A DNA stretch of 64,000 nt from positions 496,001-560,000 of the forward strand of contig JANJGN010000052.1 of the NCBI GenBank assembly GCA_026770705.1. Direction: 5' to 3'. Origin of the DNA: Isurus oxyrinchus. Taxonomy: Eukaryota. Both the position numbers and the translations under genes were made by a program. The notes under the pieces are model-generated. The model made no database searches, was not told where the DNA came from, and saw nothing but the letters and a program-made list of their open reading frames with translations. How positions within the stretch are numbered: position 1 is the stretch's first letter; every line of letters begins with the position of its first letter. This document shows positions 37,671 through 50,204 of the stretch, in pieces.

Positions 37671-40600
37671 GTTGGATGCTGCTCACGAGTTTGTTGGGAC
37701 TTATGGATCCAGGCTTGTTTTGGAGAGGCTGAGTAGGTACAATAGACAGAGTAGATCAGCAGACAGTTCTTAGATGAAACACATTCTGCTTATTTACAAA
37801 GGAACTCAGCAGCTACACTTGTGTGCTTTCAACTCAAAGCCTGTCTCCGCATTACAGGCTCTAACTAAAGGTGACCGACTACTGAGGTACCTGCGCCACT
37901 CGGCTGTTGGACACTGATATAAGAGTTAAACAGGGACTTCTATTAGTGAAAACCCAAGGTCAGCAGAATTCTCCAGGTGAACCTTGTGCACCATGGGGCT
38001 GACATCAGCAGAACTCTCCAGAAAGGCATTGAAGATCACGAGGGATTAACTCGAGAAGAGACATAAAGAGATGCTGAGGGTAAAGAGATAAGGTAAAGGC
38101 AAACAGCACCAGGCTAGAACGAGATAAACAGCTCTTGCTTGGGTAAGGAGCAGATATGTACCTGGGACTGGGAACATCTGCTTATTATGTGATTATGTAC
38201 TGACAAGATTTGAATTTAAATAACCCAATGTGTACGTGACTAACTCTGTGAACAAAAAAGATGGTTTCCCTGTAATGGGTAGAGTTCTGTTTTTAGCCAG
38301 GCCTGAAGTTGATTCTGAGAACACACCACAACACTGAGCTCATGTTATCTTCCATTGTAACCTTCTTCTTAAAGGTACATCACACATCAGATTACCACCA
38401 CCCTCCCCCTTTACTCAGAAACACATTTTACACTTACTTTTACCATTTTCTCAAAGTATCAGATGATTTACACAGATCAGTAATTTACAAATTCAGTCTT
38501 TCTGGGGGGTTTCCTTATGCGTCTGGAACGTCTCAGATCCACAGCTTCAGATGCTTTGTCAGGAGTCTCCTTTTCTGATGTTGTCCCAACACCAGCTTCT
38601 TCGGTGGACACCTGCAAACCTGTTTCCTCAACTCTTGCAGGTACAACGGACCCTTCAGACACATCTGTTCTCAGCTGAGTTCTTTCAACAGGAGACATAG
38701 ACGCAGCCGTGAAGACTGGTGGGGTTGTTTCTTGGTACTTTGTTTCTCTCCTCCTTATATGACCCACATGTCTCCATATGACTCGGTCTTCCACTTTCAC
38801 ATGGTGAGAAAGAGTTCCAATCGCTGCATTTATTTCACCCGGTGACCACTTTGGCCGTTCTCTAAAATCCTTCACATATACCGTCTCTCCTACGGTCAGC
38901 TTCCTGTCATGGCTATGCCAGTCATGTCCAGTTTCCTGTCTTCCTGGCCTCCTTTCCACCTTCCCGCTGACATTTAACATGACTGATGTTGCAAATGTGA
39001 CGTGAGAAAAAACTTTTTCACACAACTAAGTTCTGGGCCTGGAATGCACGGCCTGGACGTGTTGTGGAGGCAGGTTCAATCGAGGCATTCAGGAGGGCAT
39101 TAGATGGTTATTTGGATAGAGAAAAGGTGCAGGGGCATGGGGAAAGGCAGGGCAATGACACTAGGTCATGATGCTCATTTGGAGAGCTGGGATAGACACG
39201 ATGGGCTGAATGGCCTCCTGCTGTGCCATTAAGACTCTGTGATCCTGCAGAGGAGACTCTGAAAGGCAAACCGGTTTATTGATACAACCCTTTGTGTGTA
39301 TTAATTGTGACAAACTTCTGGGAGGCCTTCTCGAACTCCAATTGTTGATAAGCATGGCTCATATCAGCTCCGTGTAGGCCGTTCCAGTCAATTCTTGTCA
39401 TCTCCACAAACACTTTGGCCAGGCTCAGGTCCAGGGACTATTGGTGCTGCCCATTCTGAGGACAGCACAGATTGTATCCCTCCCAGTTTCTAGAACCTGC
39501 CCAATTCAGCATCTGCCTTTTCCCACATTGCATAAGGTACTGGCCGTGCCTTCATAAATCAGAGGGATAGAGTCTGGATCCACATGAATTTTTGCTTGCA
39601 GCCCCTGGATCTCCCCGAGTTCATCTTGGAAAACTGAGATGTATTTTTGTAGTAGCTCAGGTAGCCCACTGGCTCTCAGTTGGAAGATCTCAGACCAATC
39701 CAGCTTAATATCTTTCAGCCAGTTTCGTCCAAGGAGGCTTGGTCCCTCACCAGCTCCCATCATCAAGGGTCATTTTACTGATTGACTTCCATACTGTATA
39801 ATAACCCTGCTTATGTCTTTGGCTTGAATGTCTTCTCCCGTGTAAGTTTTCAATTAGTCATCTGTTTCTTCCAAATTTAATTGACTTTCCCCATGATTCC
39901 AGTATTTGAAAGTATGCTCACCAATTAGCGTAATGTTAGCTCCTGTGTCCACCCCCATTCTGAGAGCTCTATCATTCACCCTCACTGTTACATAGATTGG
40001 CTCTGTTCTTCCTACCTTTAAATTATACAATGAATAACTATCTGAATCTGTTACTTCAGGCTCTTCAATGTTATGGATCTCACAGGGTTTTCTCTCTTGA
40101 TTGAAACTCTGCCTGATTCTATCCTTGCAATCTCTCATGGGCTCTCTGTTTCGATGACAGTAAAAACAATGGATTTTTTTAAAGTTCCATTCACTACGAG
40201 GTTGTCTGCTTCACCTCTGTTCCCATTATTCCATGTTTTCTCTGCTAAGTCATTCCTTTTTATTTGCTGCTAGTGGTGGAGGTTTCCCGTTTCTCATCAG
40301 AGCTGTACATTTTCCCGCACTTCTTGGCTGAGGCTCCTCACCCAACATGAGGACGGTGACATTTTGCACTCTCCATATGTTTTTCGAGTCCCTCACTGCT
40401 CTTTCCATAGCCAGCACTATTCCCAGCGCCTTCTGAATATCCAAATCTGTTTCAGACAGTAATCTCTTCTGAATCGCATCTTCATTTATACTGCACACCA
40501 GTCGATCTCTCAGCATATCATTTATAGATTTACCAAACTCACAATGTCCTATTAACTGTTTCAGACTTTCCACATAACATGCAGCTGCCTCCCCTGGGAC

Positions 40601-41050
40601 TCTATTTCTTGAGTTAAATTTGGACCGTTGCATCGTTACCGAGGGCTGGGGCTGGGAAGGAATCTTCACAAGGTTCACTATATCATCTAAACTTTTTGAA
40701 TCCATGGCACCGGGTGACATTAAAGTTCGCATCAATCCCTAAGTCTTACTCCCACACGTGGATAAGAGGGTCGCTCGCCTCTTCTCCTCCCCATCAATGT
40801 CATTCACTTGGAAAAAGAACGCGAGGAGTTCACCATAATGAGACCAATCGCCCACCGTTGGGTCGAAAGGATCAACTCTTCCAAACTGCAGCATTCTTCG
40901 AGAGGGCTGCCTCGGTTATTAGGATGGAAATTATATTTATAATCACTGCGTGAGGCACAGCCCGATTTCAGTTCCCTTGCTCTCATTCCTTGATTTTTCT
41001 TCCTTGTTTTTCACCTCATCACCAGTTTATTCAACCCTTGTCACTACTTT
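37670..41050 (-). mobile_element. Degenerate Gypsy/Ty3 LTR retrotransposon (gag, protease, RT start, integrase tail, PPT, probable 3' LTR ~37670-38398)
   Basis: HCEFG..MLRDRLVCSI; protease VDTGA; PSLLGRNWL; VGETVYVKDF..KW; purine tract at ~38400-38412. Confidence 0.85.
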
Positions 41051-41054
41051 AGTT

Positions 41055-41360
41055 TGCACTCCCTCGGTACTGAGCCTGCGACAGTGCAGCATTCCCTGGG
41101 TACGGACCCTCCGACTGTGCAGTGGTCCCTTAGTCATGAGCCCCTGATAGTGCAGCAGCCCCTAGGTACTGATGCTCGAAAAGTGTAGCGCTCCCTCAGC
41201 ATTGACCATCTGACAGTGCAGCACTCCTTCAGCACTGGCACACCCAGAGTGCAACACTCGCAGTACAGACCCTCTGACAGTGCAGCACTAAGTCAGTGCT
41301 GACCGTCCAACAGTGCAACACTCCCTCAGTACTGACTCTCCAACTGTGCAGGACTCTCAG
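41055..41360 (-). repeat. 33-bp minisatellite array (diverged)
   Basis: Reverse-orientation units. Confidence 0.8.
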
Positions 41361-41589
41361 TCCTGACACCGAGTGCCGGTCTGGTTTGCCAGCCTGAATT
41401 TTGCCAAATGAATTTCGAACTGACGACCTTCTCACTCAGAGAGAGAGAGGGTTCGAAATCCAGTGTCCCACAGGAGAATTCCTGGTCAATGACTTTCCGC
41501 TTTTGAGCAGAAATATCATCACAAGTCCAGAACGCAAAGGGTTAACAGCTTCAAAAAACTCAAAACACGAGCTGTTCTGTCACTTTGAT

Positions 41590-41732
41590 GCAACTTCCTC
41601 ATTTTGTCTCACAGTGACACATCAACCCTTTCTCATTAAATACACAGAGGGAGCAGCACAGGAAGAGGTCATTCAGCCCAAGCAGAGCGTGTGGGCAGTT
41701 CCTCCCCAGGCGAGCAGTCGGACAGGTCCTGG
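41590..41732 (+). promoter_or_regulatory. Exon 1 / promoter of gene F with ETS site ACTTCCTC at 41593-41600
   Basis: Donor GT at 41733; inverted paralog of the other modules. Confidence 0.55.
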
Positions 41733-42182
41733 GTAAGTAACGGAACGATTGGAATTCACTTCCACCACCAACACCGTCCTTTGTTGATGTTGTGACTTTA
41801 TAAAGACAGATTCCAATGATTGATGCCTTTGAAAGATTTCTACTGATTATTGAGATCTGGGTGTGAGGCTCAAGTCTGTTGTACAGAACATCTTTCTAGC
41901 TCAAGGGATGATGGAAGAGCAGGGACATGAGCTTTGGGACATCCTGAGGTGGTGAAAGGCGATATAGAAATGCAAGTCCTTCATTGATTTATTTTTTTAA
42001 AGCTTTTTAACTCTCTGCAGAGCACCTGTCATCCCACAGAGAACCAAATTAGTCTCAGAGGACATTGTCTAAAAGCAGTTCTGATCTCTCGAGAGCTGTC
42101 GGACAAGAGGTGAGGTCTCATTAACTCCTTTCTCTTTCAGAGTTTGAGAGTCAGAAGCTAAAGGAATATCTGGGAGTGGACA

Positions 42183-45100
42183 ATAATTGGGAAATATTAC
42201 TGCCTCCTGTCACTTCTCCAAGGTAATATCATCGTCAGCTCAGACAGATTTATGGTTAATAGTCTTCGTAAAAGATCATTCTTATTGAGCTGTGATTCGG
42301 AACCAATTCAGCAGTGAGCCAGTGCACAAACTCACACCAAGTCCCATTCACCCATCACCCCTGTGCTCCCTGATATACACTGACTCCCTGTCTGACAGCA
42401 GAATTGGGGGAGTGCAGAGATCACAGAGGGTTGTAGGTTTGAGTAGGTTACAGAGACAGGGAGTGGAGCGGAGTGATGGAGGGATTGGAAATCAAGTGTG
42501 AAAATAATCACATCGAGGTGTTGTTGGACTGGGAGCCAGTGTAGGTCAGCGAGTGACTTGTGGGGTCGGGGTGGGTGTGTGCGGAGGTGAAAGCTTGAGT
42601 GGAAAATTGGACACAAAATTCAGGGGATGAAGTCTATCTTGTGGCTAGGACTCTGACAGCAATGGCCTGAAATTAGTGTCTTTTGCTGATTTTAGTCAGA
42701 ATTTCCCATGAAGACAACACAGCAGCTCCTAGAATAGACAGGCTGTTCAGTGTCACACTTCCTGTCCATTCTCACCTTGCTAGATACTTCAATAAGGGAG
42801 CAAGATAACTGAAAGAGAGAAGGAAGGTAAAGCTGTCCGTGTGTAAAGGTGTCAATATTCAGTTTGTATATTTGTCTTTCTCTCGACACATGCAGAGCTC
42901 AGGCTAGAGGCGCTTTGTTAGTGTGTTTCACAGTGTCTGCTGGAGTAGGGTCAGTGCTGAGCTTGGGGACAAGTCAGTCTACAATGCTGCATCGGAATCA
43001 ACAATACAACAATATGGGGTTTGGATCAGAAATAATCCCTTAGACAATGAGGATCCAGGGTTAAATATTGATATTTCTCTCCACAGTTGGACTGTCACAA
43101 GAGTGGAAAGGTGAAACTCCACGAGAGGTGACAGCGCAGGAAGGTTCGTGTGTACAGATTCCATGTCATTACAGTTATCCATCGTGTCTGGAAAACCAAC
43201 AACGAGGTGGAGTCTGGTTTAATAATGAGGAACAGATTCCCTGGGCTCCCATTGCCTTTCACTCCAAGGATCACAGTCACGAGTTACCACGATTCCACCA
43301 TCGGACCCGGCTGTCTGGAGACCTGAAAGATGGCGACTGTTCCCTGATTATAAACAACATCAGACGGGAAGATGCAGGACCTTATTTTTTCAGAATAGAA
43401 TTTGACAATGGTCCGAGCCATAACTATTACCCTGTAACCCAGCTTCACGTTTCTGGTAAGTGCTGTGTTATAATTCCTCAACAATTCACATTCAACACTC
43501 AATGGGAAATAACACAAACTGTGACGTTTACACATTAACACAAAATACAGTTTATTATAACACACTGTCTGATTCTCAATAACCGGGTGATAACTTCCAG
43601 TTCAGTCCTAAAGCAACCTCTAATACTCACTTTAATATCAATGATTAAATGTATTGACTGTGTCCATCAATGTTATCAGGTTATCCACTCCCATTAGTCT
43701 CCCTAATGCTTTTTAAAAGTCTAACAATTTGACAAAAGAAGGATGTGCATTCCTATAGCGCCTTACACCACCTGAGCAAACTTCAAATCACTTCACAGAC
43801 AATGAAGAAATTCTTGAAGTATAGTCACTGTCTAACGTGGCAGTGAGTTTGTGCACAGGAAGATCCCACAGAGAGCAATGGGATCAGTGACCCAGATCTC
43901 TGAGAGAATGATGAGCCAGGGTTCCATGAGCTGTGGGCTGCTCCATCACCCACACCCCAGTGTTGGCAATTCAAGGGTCTGGGAGTGAAAGTGTATTCAG
44001 CTCAGTGACACATTCCTCACCAAGTTTGAAAATAGGAAAGTTGCTGCTGATTGTTGTTACCTCTCAGTTCCCATCTCATCCTTGGAAACCTGCTTTCAAA
44101 ATACAAAACCAAGTCTCACATTTCCATAGCGCCTTTCACCACCTCAGGACGATCCTAAATCAATTCACAGTCAATGAAGTGATTCTTGAAGCACACATTC
44201 TCCCCACTCTCTGGGTAAAGAACTTTCTCCTGAATTCCCCATTGGATTTATTAGTGAGGATCTTATATTGTCAGCCTCTGGTTTTGTTCATTGTGAGGAG
44301 TGGAAACACTCTCTCCATGTCTACTCGATCAAAACCTTTCATTACTTCAAAGGTCAAATGAGGTCACCCCCTCAGCCTTCTCTGTTCAAGAGAACAGAGA
44401 CCCAGCCTGTTCATCCTCTCCTGATAGGTAAAGCCTCACATTGCTGAGATCATCCTTGTGAAGCTTTTTACCACCCTCTCCAGTGTCTCCATATCCTTTT
44501 CCAAATGCTGAGTCTGTTCTCCCCGAGCTGTGAGCTGTTCCTCCACCCTCACCCAGTCTGGTCAAATCAAGGGTCACTGAGTGAGAGTGTATTAATCTGA
44601 GTGACAGAGATTCAACAAGTGTAAAAATAGACAATTCTTTAATGATCATTGTAACCTCTCAGTTCTGATATCATCCTTGTAAAAGTGCTTTCTCGTGTGG
44701 GACTGTGATTTCTATTTGAACTGATGCTTCACGTTATATTTCTCTAAAAGGATCCATTCTCTGTGTGTTTGATTTCACAGATAAACCCACGATATTCCCT
44801 GCTGAAATTATTGCAGGAAAGCGTGTGGATGTAAGCTGCACCTTCAACACAATGTGCAATGGAACAGCAGCACCTGTCTTAACCTGGGACACTCCCACTG
44901 ACGTACCTGGATCAGTCTCAAACACTGTAACTCAGCATGGTGTCACTCTGACCTATACTTCTGTTCTGACCCTGATCCCATCACTCAAACACCACGGACA
45001 CACTCTCAGCTGCAGAGTGAGATATCCATCTGTTTCATCGGAGCGGACCCTCGTACTAACTGTGCTATGTAAGTACAAACACCCTTCAATCTACATTAGT

Positions 45101-48100
45101 TGGAATAGTATCAAATGTGCACAGCAAGCTCCCACATACTGCACTTTGTTTATAAACAAACCATTGGTATTTAACTGGTAAAAAGTGAGCCCTGACAGGC
45201 AGTACATCCTTACTACTGACTCTCCGATAGTGCATCATGGACTCATAGACTCATAGACACTTACAGGACAGAAGGAGGCCATTTAGCCCATCATGTCCAT
45301 GCTGGTCAGCAACTCCCTCCCCAAGTGCATCACCTCATATTTTTCCAGGTTGAATTCCATTTGCGTCGTGATCATTTCCCCTTTATATAAGTCCAATTCA
45401 TTTATATACACCACAAACAGCAAGTGCCCCAGCACTTTGCCCTGTGGAACCCCACTGGAAACAGACATCCAGTCACAGAAACATCCCTCCACCATCACCC
45501 TCTGCTTCCTGCCTCAGCCAATATTGGATCCAACGTGCCACTTTGCCTTGGATCCCATGGGCTCTTACTTTCTTGGCCTCTCTGCCAAGAGGCACCTTAT
45601 CAAAAGCCTTCCTCAGCCCATGTCGACCACATCAAAGGCATTACTCTCATCAACACTCCTGGTTACTTCCTCAAAAGATTTGATCAGGTTTGTCAAACAT
45701 GACCTTCCCTTAACAAATCCATGCTGAATATCCCAGATTAATCCTTGTCTCTCCCAGTGCAGATTCATTCTGTCCTTCAGAATTCTTACTAGTAACTTCC
45801 CCACCACCGAGGTTAGACTGACTGGCCTGTAATTTCCTGATCTATCCCTTCCTCCCTTTTTTAATAATGGGACAACATGAGCCATCCTCCAGTCCTCTGG
45901 CACCTCACCTGTGGCCAGAGAGGATTTGAAAATTACTGCCAGGGCCCCTGATATCTCTTCCCTTGCCTCCCTCAACAGCTTTGGATTCATCTCATCCGGG
46001 CTTGTGGATTTATCCACTTTTCAGGCCGTTAAATCCACTAGTACCTCCTCTCTCTGTGTTAATTTCCTCTCATATTTCACTGTCCTCCACCCTGATGTTA
46101 TACCTGCATCATCCTTTTCCATTGTGAAGACTGATGCAAAGTATTCATTGAGGACTGTACCCACGTCTTCCAGGTCCACACACACATTACCTCGATGGTC
46201 CCTAATCGGCCCCACTCTTTCCCGAGTTATTCTGCTGCTCTTTACATATTTAAAAAACCCCTCTGGGTTTTGCTTTATTCTACCCACCAGTGCTTTCTCA
46301 TGCACTCTCTTATCTTTCCTAATGTCCTTTTTCAATTCCCCTCTGCACTATTTATACTCCTCTAGGGACTCTGCTGTATTGAGCCCTCAGTATCTGCCAT
46401 AAGCTTCTCTTTTTTCTCAATCCTAACCTTTATGTTCCTTGTCTTCCAGGGTTCTCCAGACTTGGTCTCCCTCTTTGTCTTTACAGGAAGATATCTGCTC
46501 TGTACTCTCGCTATTCCCTCCTTGAATGCCTCCCACTGCTCTGACACAGTTTTATCTGCAAAGAGCTTCTCCCAGTCCACTTGGGCCCAATCATATCTCA
46601 TCTTAGTAAAATTAGCCTTTCCCCAGTTTAGAATTTTTATTCCCAGCACAAACTTATCCTTCTCCATAACTGTCCTAAATCCAATTGAGTTACAGTCACC
46701 ATCTCCCCTACTGATACGCTTTCCAACTTCCCCGGCGCTTTTCCATATATTAGGTCCAGAACTGTCCCCTCCCTTGTTGAGCTTTCTATGCACAGGCTAA
46801 AAATCTTCTCCTGGATGCAACTTCAGAATTTTTCTCCCTCCCTACCTTGCTCACTAAAGCTGTCCCAATTAATATTTAGGTAGTTAAAATCCCTGAGTAT
46901 TACTGCTTTATTATTCTTACACATCTCTGAAATGTGATCACATGTTGGATTGTCCATCTCTCCCTGACTGTTTGTTGGTTTTATATCTTGAGTCTATGAG
47001 TTCACTGGTTGAGTAAACTCGAATTGCACTCCTTCATATACACTTGTTAGTTGATAAAAACAAAAAAACTGCGGATGCTGGAAATCCAAAACAAAAACAG
47101 AATTACCTGGAAAAACTCAGCAGGTCTGGCAGCATCGGCGGAGAAGAAAAGTGTTGACGTTTCGATTCCTCATGACCTCAGTTCTGTCGAAGGGTCATGA
47201 GGACTCGAAACATCAACTCTTTTCTTCTCCCCCGATGCTGCCAGACCTGTTGAGTTATTCTTAGCTGATGCTCGCTATCAATAACCAAGAGAGACCTACA
47301 TTAGAACAAGCTGATTATTTATTGTAACAGAGGGCAGAGCACTAAATCCTTGCATGCTCCCACAGCCACCTCCAGCTCTAGACTTACAGTTAACCAGTGG
47401 CCCACACTGTCCAGTGATTGGTCAGTACTGTCACATGGTTTATCCACTTGTATTCTCTTAAAGGTACCTGGCACTCCACATTATCACAGGAGGCCTATAG
47501 TACACACATAACAGCGTGTTTGCCTCCTCAGCACTGACCCTTCTACAGTGCAGCACTCCCTCATTACTGTCTCTCTAATAGTGTAATGATCCCTCAGTAG
47601 TGCTCCTCCAACATTGCACTGGTCAATCAGAACTGACGCTCTGACTGTGCAGTTTTACCTCAGCAGTAACCCTCCTACAGTGCAGCGCTCCCTCAGGACT
47701 GACCCTCTGACAGTGCAGCACTCCCTCAGTACTGAACCTCTGGCAGTGCAGCACTCCCTCAGTACTGACTCTCTGACAGTGCAGCACTCCCTCAGTACTG
47801 ACCCTCTAACAGTGCAGCACTCCCTCAGTACTGACTCTCTGACAGTGCAGCACTCCCTCAGTACTGACCCTCTGACAGTGCAGCACGCCCTCAATACTGA
47901 ACTGAAGTGTCTGCCTGGATTATGGGCTATGTGGAGAAAGAACCTACATTGACATCACACCTTTCACATTCTCAGTGTCTTTCAAAGTGCTTCACAGTCA
48001 GTCTAAGTTAACTGATCTGTATTTGTTTTTAGACGCACCACGGAATCTCTCAATTACTTCTCCAGATATGATTAACGCTTCATCAATCAGTATAATTGAG

Positions 48101-50204
48101 TGGAATTCTGCAGTGATAATCTGCTCTGTCGAGAGCTCCCCAGCTTCTAACCTGCTGTGGCGACATCTTAATGTCCCAATGAACAGAACAAGTTCCAACA
48201 ATGAGCTGTGGTTGGTGATTCCTCACGTTACATCCAGGGATACTGGAGAATATCAGTGTGTGGCAGAGAATGAACATGGAGCAGTGGAGGGATTCATAAC
48301 CATCACTGTGGAATGTGAGTTACACAGACTTTAATATTTCTCTCATCTCCGAACACATATACTCAGATGCTCTCCCACGCACACACACACACAAGCACTC
48401 ACAAATGTACAAACCCTAAGTGCATGCACACACACAATCCCACACTCATGAGCACACAGAAAGACACACTCACACACAAACACAGTAGTACACACTTCCC
48501 TGTGAGTTACCTGACCTCCCTCAGTACTGCACTGGAGAGTTCTCCTGGATTCCGGGATATGTGTTCCCATTCATATTTATCGAAGAATATCCAAATTACA
48601 AAGTCTATTCCAGAAACTCACATGCACAAAGATTCCAACAGATACTCCCCACTTCTCCGTGTCTCTCTCTCCTCCTTTAAGAAGCTTCCTAATCCCGAAC
48701 TCTTGCCTGTCCTTACTCCTCCTTATAATGCCCTGTGTCAAATTTTTTGTGTATCTGAGAGAAAGGGAGAGATAAGGAAGTTTAGGAAGGGATTTCCTGT
48801 TAGTGAAGAGCTTACTTCTTTTTCTCACCTTTCCAGTGTTCAGTTTTGCCATCATGTCCAATGACCCTGTTTATAATGGGGGCATCCTATGTAAACGTCA
48901 CACTGTCTTTACATCCTCCTACCAGTGGTGGCACTGTGGTGCTTAAGCTTGCACCTCCCAGCTTTTCAGCCAACTTCACTTCACAATTTGCTACACATGC
49001 TGTAAGGTCATCAAAATTAACATATATCAAATGGTAGATTTGATAATACAGTTTATTGAAAGGTTCATCCGCGCTCTGGGAAGGGTTTACACTCTCCAGG
49101 AAGCAAAAATAGGCTGGATGTTGGAGAGTTCATCTTTTCCCAGAGAGTAGGGATCCTCGGGAATGTGCTGTCAGTGGGTGTGGTGGTTGCTGTCTCTCTG
49201 TTGCCTTCAAGAGGGATCTGGAGTGGTTACTAACTGGGGGAGAGATCATGGAAGCGGAGAATGGTACAGCACAGGAGGAGGCCATTCAGCCCATTGAGCC
49301 TGTGCCAGGTCTTTCAATGTTCTATCCAATCAGATCCACTAACCACCACTCCACTTTGCCCCCATCTTCTTCCTTCAAGTGTTTATCCAATTTCCCTTTT
49401 GAAAGTTCCTATTGAATCTGCTTCCACTGCCCTTTCAGGCAGCACCTTCCAGATCACAACAACTCGCTCTGTCAAAACAAATTCTCCTCATCTCCCCCTC
49501 CGGTTCGTCAATCTGTGTCCCTCTGGTTACCGACCCTCCTGCCCCTTAAATACATCGATACTGTTCACCTCAACCACTCCCTGTGGGAGCGAGTTCCACA
49601 TTCTCCCCTTTCTCTGGGTAAAGATTGGAACTGTTTATTAAGTGGGGCGTGTAAGTCCGTGGGGGAGTCCATCTCGATCCTGCCCGATTCGCACACGCGT
49701 CCGAGATGGATTTCCACCCTGCACTAAACGTTTCCAGAATTTTCAACAGCACAATCCTGTACACAGCGATGGAGAGAAACATTGGACAGGGAGTCCAACA
49801 GCACAATGATCCATTCTCACCAATGTTCCACGCTAAGGGGAAAGTTCCGATTGTCCACTCTTAGAGTGTTTACAATGAAAACATTCATTCCACATTGAAT
49901 CCCAGTGGATGGGTCAATATTACAGCAAATGTTGCAATGATATGAAGCTTGATTGTTCAGCCAGAGTGAGAGATTGAAAGCGGAGAGTCAGTGATGATTT
50001 CTTTCTGTGTGTTCTCTAGACAGTGGAGGAGAGATTCTGCATGTGATCCTGATCCTGGGAATACGAGCTGTGATATTCCTTGTGGCTGTGGTTATCACTA
50101 TCTTCTGGAGTCTGTGTCTGGGAGAGACAAACAGTGAAAGGAAGTCGACAGACTGTTTGAAGCTTTGTACAGCAACAATCTGGTCAGTCAGTGCGGACAA
50201 ATAA
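42183..50204 (+). CDS. Siglec-like gene F, activating architecture (L, V, C2, C2, Arg-TM, Tyr-free tail); start codon is ATA, possibly a pseudogene
   Basis: Exons 42183-42222, 43087-43455, 44781-45068, 48033-48314, 50020-50204 splice into one open frame; AATAAA at 51239-51244. Confidence 0.75.
43087..43455 (+). CDS. Siglec-type V-set exon of gene F
   Basis: 369 nt open; 6 aa differences from the gene C V exon. Confidence 0.9.
44781..45068 (+). CDS. First C2-set exon of gene F
   Basis: 288 nt using acceptor tttcacag; DKPTIFP..SCRVRYPSVSSERTLVLTVL|gtaagt. Confidence 0.85.
45240..46980 (-). mobile_element. CR1-like LINE, internally deleted
   Basis: GNYRPVSLTSVVGKLL, QHGFVKGRSCLTNL, SGVPQG. 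Confidence 0.85.
47525..47900 (-). repeat. 33-bp minisatellite array
   Basis: Same relative position upstream of the second C2 exon as 22790-23450. Confidence 0.85.
48033..48314 (+). CDS. Second C2/I-type Ig exon of gene F
   Basis: 282 nt, phase 1-1; ICSVESSPASNLLW..DTGEYQCVAENEHG. Confidence 0.9.
50020..50204 (+). CDS. TM/terminal exon with intramembrane Arg (gene F)
   Basis: SGGEILHVILILGIRAVIFLVAVVITIFWSLCLGETNSERKSTDCLKLCTATIWSVSADK*. Confidence 0.8.
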
